Source: Patescibacteria group bacterium (GTDB lineage Bacteria; Patescibacteriota; Patescibacteriia; Patescibacteriales; JBAZCA01). From it: DNA of 64,000 nucleotides. Location of the stretch: positions 464 through 64,463 of the forward strand of contig JBAZUL010000009.1 in the NCBI GenBank assembly GCA_041661405.1, read 5' to 3'. Every line of letters begins with the position of its first letter. Positions within the stretch are counted from its first letter, which is position 1. A program made the translations under genes and the position numbers. This document shows, in pieces, positions 26,249-33,352 of the stretch. The notes beneath the pieces were generated by a model. The model was not told the DNA's origin. It saw only the letters and a program-made list of their open reading frames with translations, and ran no database searches.

Positions 26249-26315
26249 ATACCTGCCCCGCAAAATGAGCGAAGCGAATTTGTGCGGGGTCAATATGAAG
26301 AATGATTCTTTCCAT
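26247..26315 (-). CDS. 22-codon upstream ORF duplicating the first 9 codons of dinB
   Basis: The uORF encodes MERIILHIDPAQIRFAHFAGQV*. Its stop lies 6 nt before the dinB ATG. Its first 27 nt match the dinB 5' end except for 3 changes, all synonymous. Confidence 0.4.
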   Translation of the reverse strand: MERIILHIDPAQIRFAHFAGQV

Positions 26316-26480
26316 AAAAGCCAAGCAAGTTTTAAACCCAACCCTAAATTAGCCAAAGCTCTTCGCCTTGAATACAAGAGTCCAAATTTATTCTTATTCC
26401 AACTCCAATAGCTCAAAAATATCAATCACTGGTTCTTCGTAAGGATGGACTTTTTACGAGGTTTTTGGATCTCATACGCT

Positions 26481-26840
26481 TTAATCTTTATCTTCCGAGT
26501 AAGCCCTTGGTATTTTTCTTACTTTATCAATGATTTCTCTAACCCTTTCTTCGCTTATGCTATAAGTTTCGGCCGCCACCTGGCGAACCCTTTTTTCTAA
26601 AAGGTCATAAACCCTTTCTTGTTCTTCGCCGCAAAGATCTTCAATAAAAGGCATATTTTTTTGAACCCATACATTAGCAAAAAAGTAAATTTCCAGCTCG
26701 CTCATAGTTATTACTCCTTTATCAACCGCTTTTCTGCGTCCCAATTCGTGCTTATAGATGGCTTGGGCGAATTCAGCGGCCTCCTCCCTTGAATAGCTTT
26801 TTTCTTCTCCAATTTGATTTTTTATTTCTTCCATGGACAT
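26481..26840 (-). CDS. hypothetical protein (119 aa) downstream of dinD
   Basis: A 34-nt gap separates it from dinD on the same strand. I recognise no family. Confidence 0.5.
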   Translation of the reverse strand: MSMEEIKNQIGEEKSYSREEAAEFAQAIYKHELGRRKAVDKGVITMSELEIYFFANVWVQKNMPFIEDLCGEEQERVYDLLEKRVRQVAAETYSISEERVREIIDKVRKIPRAYSEDKD

Positions 26841-26874
26841 AAATTTTATCTTGTTTATTCATAATTTTTATCTT

Positions 26875-27723
26875 TCATCTGTTTAGCTTATCTCTATCCA
26901 AATCTTTTAAATTTTTCTTTTCCTCTGACTTTAATTTTCTCTCTACTTTTTTAACATCCTCTATTGCCGGCAGATTTTCCGGATAAATACCTCGAGAAAT
27001 CAAAGTTTTTCTGACACTGCGATTATTAGTGATATGCTCCTCGGAAATGCTTTGCTCTGTATTTAGCTGTTTATTCTTTGTGTTAAAAATAGTAATCTCT
27101 GTGGCAAAATCTTTTGCTTTCAAAATAATTGTCGGCTGAAAATCGGATAATGGTCTGGATCGCGGGACTTTTAATCTACCTTTCATCTCTTGAGTTGTAT
27201 AACCAAATAATGCCTTGTCTCCCTTACTTCTAATTAAAGCAAAATTTCTATCGCTGCCTGTTTGCTGAAAAATAACTCCTGACAATTGTTTTTCTGTAGT
27301 AGAAAGTTTTTGTCTTGCCTGCAATCTCTCAATCTCTTGTATTTTCTTCTCTATAATTTCAAATTTTCTTGTTTGAACGGCAAAGTATGTCTGCGCAAAA
27401 GCTATTTCTTCTTTGCGCGGGTCGCCATTTTGGGCGATTAAATAACAAGCATAGCGAGTGAGCATAATATCCTGAACTTCTCTTTCGCTTCCAGAGCCAA
27501 GTTTGACCATTTTCCCGACGCCGGCAAAATGGTAGGAAATCACATGACCAGTATTTTCACAGGCAATTTTTGCCTTGGAAATAACGCCGATAAAATTATC
27601 CCACTTGTCATAACCCAATAATTGTTGCAAATCGCGCGCCAACCAAAACTCAATTCCATTTTCTGTTTTATGGGCGTATGACTCAAAATTATTTGTTAAC
27701 GATTGTATAATTTCCGTTTTCAT
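26875..27723 (-). CDS. dinD: DNA damage-inducible protein D-like (Bro-N/KilA-N-type N-terminal domain)
   Basis: NGIEFWLARDLQQLLGYDKWDNF...MLTRYACYLIAQNGDPRKEEIAFAQTYFAVQTR matches my recollection of the DinD family. Confidence 0.65.
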   Translation of the reverse strand: MKTEIIQSLTNNFESYAHKTENGIEFWLARDLQQLLGYDKWDNFIGVISKAKIACENTGHVISYHFAGVGKMVKLGSGSEREVQDIMLTRYACYLIAQNGDPRKEEIAFAQTYFAVQTRKFEIIEKKIQEIERLQARQKLSTTEKQLSGVIFQQTGSDRNFALIRSKGDKALFGYTTQEMKGRLKVPRSRPLSDFQPTIILKAKDFATEITIFNTKNKQLNTEQSISEEHITNNRSVRKTLISRGIYPENLPAIEDVKKVERKLKSEEKKNLKDLDRDKLNR

Positions 27724-27896
27724 AAATGTTTTTATTATTCAATTCATTATGAATTCCTCAATCTTAATCTCGCTGTCTGCGGAGTTGTAAATAATGATTT
27801 GATTATTCTTAGATTGTTTGTTCGGCATAATTATTGAAGATTTTATAACCTCAATATATCTATTTATCCCTAATATTAGTATAGTTGATTTTTCGT

Positions 27897-28142
27897 TTAC
27901 TCGCAATAAACCTCCTCCAGCCGCCAGGAAAGGTCGCGGGTAAAAAAGGCCAGGCGGAAAAAATTCAGGCTGTCGGAAACGCTGAAATAATAAATTTTGT
28001 CGTCACCGGATTTTTCGTTGTGCACTAAATTCAGCTTATCAATTTTATAAGTCCGGCCGTGCCATTTAAAAAAAGTCGGCAAAACCTGATTTTGGGAAAA
28101 TTTTACCAGGACATCCACTGGTTCATTGATTTTTTCATGCAT
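27897..28142 (-). CDS. small hypothetical protein (81 aa) divergent from lexA, behind an operator-bearing promoter
   Basis: MHEKINEPVDVLVKFSQNQVLPTFFKWHGRTYKIDKLNLVHNE...SWRLEEVYCE. The F-W-GR-Y...W-L pattern resembles small proteins found beside SOS mutagenesis genes (weak recollection). Confidence 0.55.
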   Translation of the reverse strand: MHEKINEPVDVLVKFSQNQVLPTFFKWHGRTYKIDKLNLVHNEKSGDDKIYYFSVSDSLNFFRLAFFTRDLSWRLEEVYCE

Positions 28143-28251
28143 ATTTTTATTCGCGATTAACGCGTTATTTATGGTCCCCGCGCGACGCGGGGTTATGTTT
28201 TTATTATCGGACCGTCATAAATTGCCGGCCTGTTGATAACTTAATACTATT

Positions 28252-28280
28252 ATTATACCGAACAAACAACGAACAGTAAA
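28252..28280 (-). promoter_or_regulatory. promoter of the 81-aa gene with an embedded GTTC-N7-GTTC operator (28260-28274)
   Basis: The minus strand reads TTTACT-gttcgttgtttgttcgg-TATAAT. Confidence 0.65.
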
Positions 28281-28331
28281 CACATCAACTAATTTAGCTG
28301 TAATTAGCCATAATAAAGTCAATCTAACAAT

Positions 28332-28360
28332 TTGACTTTCGCTATTTGTTCGTATATAAT
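28332..28360 (+). promoter_or_regulatory. lexA promoter with an embedded TTTC-N7-GTTC operator (28337-28351)
   Basis: TTGACT-ttcgctatttgttcgta-TATAAT. The spacer sequence TTCGcTaTTTGTTCG matches TTCGtTgTTTGTTCG of the divergent promoter. Confidence 0.7.
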
Positions 28361-28408
28361 TAATATAGCTGTGGATAACTAATCAATTAATAATTATCAA
28401 TTAAATCT

Positions 28409-29023
28409 ATGTCCATCAACCTTACAAAACGTCAAAGGCAAATCCTGGATTTTATCAATGACTTTACGAAGAAGCATAATTTCGCGCCGAGCTACCGGGA
28501 AATCGGCGAATATTTTGAGCTCCGCTCCCCGGCGACGATTCATGACCATGTCCAGTCTTTAAAGAAAAAAGGTTTTTTAAAAACTTCTTACAATGAAGCC
28601 CGTTCCATTGAACTGGTTGAAGCGGCTGATTTTGACGTTAACAAGAATATTGAACTGCCGCTCGTTGGCTACATTGCCGCCGGCGAACCGATTGAAGCGA
28701 TTGAGCAGACCGAAACAATCGCCATTCCGGCTCAATTCAAAGTTGACCGTTTTAACAGTTATGTCCTAAAAGTTAAAGGCGAATCCATGATTGACGAAGG
28801 CATTATGGACGGCGATTACGTCATAATTGAGCGCAACCCTTCCCCAAAAAACGGCGATGTCGTCGTAGCGCTCTTAAATAACGCTTACGCCACCTTAAAA
28901 AAATTCTACCGCGAAGCCGACCGGATCAGGTTACAGCCCGCTAACCCGGCGCTAAAGCCGATTTATGTCCGCGATCCGCTGATTCAGGGAATTGTCAAAG
29001 GCGTGATCAGGAAGTTTGACTAA
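28409..29023 (+). CDS. lexA: LexA repressor
   Basis: An N-terminal winged HTH is followed by the cleavage region VGYIAAGEP and S24 peptidase motifs (VKGESMIDEGI..GD, LKKF with the catalytic Lys). Confidence 0.93.
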   Translation: MSINLTKRQRQILDFINDFTKKHNFAPSYREIGEYFELRSPATIHDHVQSLKKKGFLKTSYNEARSIELVEAADFDVNKNIELPLVGYIAAGEPIEAIEQTETIAIPAQFKVDRFNSYVLKVKGESMIDEGIMDGDYVIIERNPSPKNGDVVVALLNNAYATLKKFYREADRIRLQPANPALKPIYVRDPLIQGIVKGVIRKFD

Positions 29024-29024
29024 A

Positions 29025-29049
29025 TCAAAAAATCCGCTCTTTCAGCGGA
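29025..29049 (-). terminator. rho-independent terminator of the 29076-30554 gene
   Basis: Stem TCCGCT/AGCGGA is followed on the minus strand by TTTTTTGATTT. Confidence 0.6.
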
Positions 29050-29075
29050 ATTAATAGCGCGGCGGACTGGACTCT

Positions 29076-30554
29076 TCACAGATAATTTTTTAATTTGGGA
29101 AGAATTATTTTCAGCCAGACAGAAAACTTTTCAGGATTATTTTTTATTTCTTTTTCCAGGTCGCGAAGTTTAATCCATCTCCAATCCTCAACTTCTTCGC
29201 GATTTAAAACCGGCCTGGCGTTATGCTTCCCGATTAAAACGTGATCGTGCTCGTTTTCCTTTAAGCCATGATCAAGCTTAACCCGGTAATTAAAAGAAAA
29301 ACATTCTTTCAGCCTGCAGGAAAACCCCATTTCTTCTTTTAACCTTCTTTCACCGGCGCTGATGACTGATTCGCCCGGTCGCGGGTGCGAACAGCAGGCG
29401 TTAGACCAGGTTCCGCCGGAATGGTATTTTTTCTTCGCTCGTTTTTGAAGGAGAAATTCGCCTTTGGAATTAAATATCACAATTGAAAACGCCCGGTGTA
29501 AGAGTCCTTTTTTATGGGCTTTTATTTTTTCCTCGCTTCCCTTTTCCCGGTTTTTCCCGTTAAGGAGAATAAGTCTTTCAGGGATTGGCGGGGCTTCATC
29601 AAGGTCTTCAAGAAATATCCTTTTTACGCGTTTAAAATTATCGGATTTTTTCAGGTCATAATAAAAGTAATGCATCCGCTCGGCCGATTTTATGAGGTGC
29701 AAACCGTATTCAAGGATTTTTAGCTCATTCTCGTCGTAAGGCACCTTGCCATAACCCCGAAAAAAAACCTGGCGAGCGAGCTTCTGCTTTTTTTTATCCT
29801 GCCAGGACTTAAGATGCCGCCACCACCAGGAAAGCTCAATAAAATCCCAAAGCCAGATTCCGGACCAGGCGTTATCCCAGTCAATTAATATCAGCCCCTG
29901 GCCTTTGGTCCAGATAGTATTTTTTCCGGTCGCGTCGCCATGAACAAGTACCGGCTTAAAGTCTTTTTTAAAAGGCTCTAAAGCCTGCCGAACTCTTAAA
30001 CCCATTTTTTTAGATATCCCTTCTTCAATCAGCCCGTCAGCGATCATCCGTTTTAAAAAACCGTCCGCCCGCTTTAGTTTGTAGCCAATAAAATCATGCG
30101 ACTTGCCTTCGCCTTTCCGCAATGGGCCGAATTTTTTTACTTTAATTTCATGAATTTTACGAAGAATTTTTCCTTTTTCAAAATATGATTTTTTATAGTC
30201 CAAAAGTCCTTTTTTAACCGCTTCTGATCCGTCAATCCCTTCGGCGTACTCGGCAACCATGAACCCGTGCGGAAAATATTTTTTATCCCGGGTAAAATGA
30301 ACCAGCTTGGCGTGCGCTATGCCGCGCCGGCTAAGTTCTTTTTCAATCCATTCCAGCTTGCCGTTTTCCGGCCAGTTTTCAAAATTAAAAACCCGGACAA
30401 TGTAATTTCCAGCTGATGTTTTTATTTTATAGACATGGTTGATTGAGCCGTTTTTTGTTTCTTCCAAACTAAAAATTTTAATTTTTAAGGCTTCCTCAAC
30501 CGCCGATACTATATTTTTTTTCAGTTTTTTCAGGCCGCTTTTGGTATTTTTCAT
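29076..30554 (-). CDS. fusion protein: N-terminal APH/choline-kinase-type phosphotransferase plus C-terminal type 1 isopentenyl-diphosphate delta-isomerase (Nudix fold)
   Basis: The kinase motifs are LVHGDATGKNTIW and LIDWDNAW. The IDI-1 motifs are LLHRAFSIVIFNSKGEFLLQKRAKKKYHSGGTWSNACCSHP and RRLKEEMGF. It is one uninterrupted 492-aa ORF. Confidence 0.75.
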   Translation of the reverse strand: MKNTKSGLKKLKKNIVSAVEEALKIKIFSLEETKNGSINHVYKIKTSAGNYIVRVFNFENWPENGKLEWIEKELSRRGIAHAKLVHFTRDKKYFPHGFMVAEYAEGIDGSEAVKKGLLDYKKSYFEKGKILRKIHEIKVKKFGPLRKGEGKSHDFIGYKLKRADGFLKRMIADGLIEEGISKKMGLRVRQALEPFKKDFKPVLVHGDATGKNTIWTKGQGLILIDWDNAWSGIWLWDFIELSWWWRHLKSWQDKKKQKLARQVFFRGYGKVPYDENELKILEYGLHLIKSAERMHYFYYDLKKSDNFKRVKRIFLEDLDEAPPIPERLILLNGKNREKGSEEKIKAHKKGLLHRAFSIVIFNSKGEFLLQKRAKKKYHSGGTWSNACCSHPRPGESVISAGERRLKEEMGFSCRLKECFSFNYRVKLDHGLKENEHDHVLIGKHNARPVLNREEVEDWRWIKLRDLEKEIKNNPEKFSVWLKIILPKLKNYL

Positions 30555-30632
30555 GCCGGGTTTACGCTTAGTAATCCTTTAACGCCGTCCCTAGCAATTA
30601 TCCCATACCAGGGGCATTAAGTCTATCTCGGC

Positions 30633-31073
30633 TCACAGTTTTGAAGCCGCGGCCAAGCCGGCTTTAATAATCAATTCGGCTGGAACGATTTCATGCGATT
30701 CCCCATCTATTTCCACGGTTCGGCATTCCTCGTCCCCGCAAACGTCACAGCATTGGCTTTGTCCGGTTTTTGCCCTGACTAAGTCCTCCAGCAATTCGCC
30801 GTTAAAGCTGATGCTGTTTGATTTAACCGGATTATTTTTAAATTCTTCCAGCGTCAATTCAGTTTTTCGCAATTCCACTTTTATTTTTAGCGGACTGAGC
30901 GCGCTGGTCAGCCGTTCAACGGCCTCGTTCAGTTCATTTTCAGTTGATCCGCATCTTGGGCAGGTGCTTCCGTCCGATATCAATCTTTGCCAGCTTATTA
31001 TTAAAGTCTTTTCATTTTCTTTTCCAGGTTCGCAGTTCCCGCCCTGACAGCCGCATTGATTTTTTGTATTCAT
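30633..31073 (-). CDS. DUF2703-like cysteine-rich protein
   Basis: The product has CPRCGST...CCDVCGDEC cysteine pairs and lies next to a DUF318/ArsP-type permease, as is typical for this family (recollection). Confidence 0.5.
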   Translation of the reverse strand: MNTKNQCGCQGGNCEPGKENEKTLIISWQRLISDGSTCPRCGSTENELNEAVERLTSALSPLKIKVELRKTELTLEEFKNNPVKSNSISFNGELLEDLVRAKTGQSQCCDVCGDEECRTVEIDGESHEIVPAELIIKAGLAAASKL

Positions 31074-31107
31074 AATATTAATTACGGTTAGCTAATAATC
31101 GCGCGGG

Positions 31108-32085
31108 TTAGTTTAAATTTAATAAGTAATTAAGCATATAGCCGGTAAACATAATTCCGATTCCGACTACGCTCGCGAAAATAATAATCAGCCGGATTTT
31201 CATGACTTTTTTTAAAATCATAAATTCAGGAAGCGACAGAGCCGTAACCGCCATCATAAAAGCCAGAGCCGTTCCCATGGCTACGCCTTTTTCGGTTAAA
31301 GCGCTAACCAAAGGGATTATACCGGCCGCGTTGGAATAAAGCGGAATGCCGATTAAAGTCGCGACAGGCACGGCGTACCATTTATCGGCGCCAGCGTAAC
31401 TCGCGAGAAAATCGGTCGGCGCGTAGCCATGGATCCATGCTCCTAATCCGATACCGGCAATTACATATGGCCAAACTTTTTTAATAATGCTTTTAACGTA
31501 ATTTCGGGCGTACTTCCGCCGATCCTTAAATGTCATTTGCAGTAGCGGCATGGCGTTCTGGCTGGCTCGGTTTTTATTGATAAAATCCGCTAAAAGCCGC
31601 TCAGCATTAAAAAAGCCGATAGCGATCCCGGAAAAAATGGCGATTAAGAGTCCGCTTAAAACATAAAGAACGGCAATTTTCCAGCCGAACATGCTAAAAA
31701 GTAAAACCAGAGCCACCTCATTGATCATGGGTGAAGACACTAAAAACGAAAAGGTCACGCCTAGGGGCACACCGGCTTCCACAAATCCTAAAAACAATGG
31801 CACCGCGCTGCAGGAGCAAAACGGCGTAATTATGCCAAGCAGGCCAGCCAATACATGGCCGAAATATTTATTTTTACGCGACAAAATATTCTGGATTTTC
31901 TTCGGCGGTAAATAGGTGCGGATAAATGACACGATATAAATAATAACCGCTAGCAATAAAAAAACTTTGATCGTGTCAAAGATAAAATAATTAACCGCTT
32001 CTCCTGCCAGGGTTTCAGGCGCCAGGCCGAAAAGGTCAAAAGAAACCCAGTCGGCTAATAATCGCGCGGGGTAAAATATGCTCAT
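31108..32085 (-). CDS. DUF318/ArsP-family permease
   Basis: The 325-aa polytopic protein carries the family motif ITPFCSCSAVPLF. Confidence 0.7.
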   Translation of the reverse strand: MSIFYPARLLADWVSFDLFGLAPETLAGEAVNYFIFDTIKVFLLLAVIIYIVSFIRTYLPPKKIQNILSRKNKYFGHVLAGLLGIITPFCSCSAVPLFLGFVEAGVPLGVTFSFLVSSPMINEVALVLLFSMFGWKIAVLYVLSGLLIAIFSGIAIGFFNAERLLADFINKNRASQNAMPLLQMTFKDRRKYARNYVKSIIKKVWPYVIAGIGLGAWIHGYAPTDFLASYAGADKWYAVPVATLIGIPLYSNAAGIIPLVSALTEKGVAMGTALAFMMAVTALSLPEFMILKKVMKIRLIIIFASVVGIGIMFTGYMLNYLLNLN

Positions 32086-32142
32086 AAATTAATATTGTCA
32101 GATGTAGTTTTTAAAAATGATCCTTTAAGCTCATTTTTATAG

Positions 32143-32164
32143 TTTGCTCGGGGGCTTGGATTCG
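32143..32164. repeat. distal att-like copy of the tRNA-Gln 3' end
   Basis: It is identical over 22 nt to 37731-37752. Weaker similarity extends to 32129. Confidence 0.85.
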
Positions 32165-32239
32165 CCCAAGCATGCGCTGGGCGGTTTAGCGACGAATTCT
32201 TTTTTATTTTTATAGTTTGATATCGTATTATAAGTAATT

Positions 32240-33334
32240 TTATCCTGGAGGTTTATTTAAATATCGCTCTAAAATAGATAAAAATTCTTTTGTATCAAGA
32301 AAATAATTAGGATAAGCCTTTCTAAGATCTTTAGCGGTATCGGCTTCAACAAGGACTATATCTTTATTGAGTTTTTCTTGGTTTGCTTTTTTCTGGGCTT
32401 CTGAATAGGCGAGATTAGCTTCCTCTTCGTTGCTCTTTTCAAAAGTTGTGACAGTTAATTCTTTGGTATCAATGCTCAAACTTAAAAGGTAAAAATGTGA
32501 TTTATGTTTTTGTTCTAGCTGCCCAATTATTCTGACTAATTTTGCCCAGCTTGTAATTTTATCTACAACCCTAAGTTCAGCAGAAAGACGCTTAACCTGA
32601 GAATGTAACTCAAATTTATCTTCGGGCGTATTAAGGACTTTGGGTGTTTTTTCAAAATCAGCAAACACAGAACTTATTAACCTAAAAAAATCTTTCCACT
32701 CTTTTTCTCCCTCGTTAGATTTTAATGCCTGTTTTGTGAAGTGATCCACCGTTTCAATAGCGGTTGCCCAAAAATGTTGAAGTTTTGATCTGACTTGAAT
32801 TTCAATCAGTAAACCGTTATATTTTTTCTGCTTCTTGTCGCTATTATATTTATAAATTAAGTGAATACCCCTATAACCATCAGGCTTGGGGCTAGTAATG
32901 TAATCTTTTTTGTTTTTAAAATGATGTTTAAGGTCGCAGTGTTTACCTTTTATATTTTTATCTACATGGTAATATTCATCACAAAGTTGTATTACTTTTT
33001 TAACATCTGAAAGCACCGCCCTACAGCCACCTATATCTTGCATCTGGGAAAGTTTCATCGTAGGCTCGCGCCCCTCATATTTACGTTGTAATTTTTTAAT
33101 AATTGCGGGCGTACGTTTAAGACGTTGAACAACTAAAGCCCCCTGGTCAACCTGCACAGACACACGCTTTAATCTTATTTTAAAGGTATGCAATGGAAAA
33201 CTATGAGAAGATCTCCAATTATCTAAAATAGCTGTAGCATTTTCCGTGTACTCTTTAGAAGAATTTTTGTTTATTAAGACTTCTCCTGCTTGATTTACCT
33301 CGCTCTTTTTATATTTAATTTCAGTCCAGGCCAT
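32240..33334 (-). CDS. RelA/SpoT (RSH) nucleotide pyrophosphokinase-domain protein with an uncharacterised C-terminal domain of about 150 aa
   Basis: The synthetase motifs appear in order: VQRLKRTPAIIKKL, DIGGCRAVL, PDGYRGIHLIY, EIQVRSKLQHFWATAIE. There is no hydrolase (HD) domain and no separate small partner ORF. Confidence 0.75.
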   Translation of the reverse strand: MAWTEIKYKKSEVNQAGEVLINKNSSKEYTENATAILDNWRSSHSFPLHTFKIRLKRVSVQVDQGALVVQRLKRTPAIIKKLQRKYEGREPTMKLSQMQDIGGCRAVLSDVKKVIQLCDEYYHVDKNIKGKHCDLKHHFKNKKDYITSPKPDGYRGIHLIYKYNSDKKQKKYNGLLIEIQVRSKLQHFWATAIETVDHFTKQALKSNEGEKEWKDFFRLISSVFADFEKTPKVLNTPEDKFELHSQVKRLSAELRVVDKITSWAKLVRIIGQLEQKHKSHFYLLSLSIDTKELTVTTFEKSNEEEANLAYSEAQKKANQEKLNKDIVLVEADTAKDLRKAYPNYFLDTKEFLSILERYLNKPPG

Positions 33335-33352
33335 ACGATTTTTAATAAAAAC

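Noticed and set aside
28142-28409. Gram-positive type LexA box (GAAC-N4-GTTC palindrome) in the lexA region
   Set aside because: I searched the divergent region and the dinB and dinD upstream regions by eye. Only direct-repeat GTTC-N7-GTTC-type sequences are present, with no palindromic Cheo-type box.
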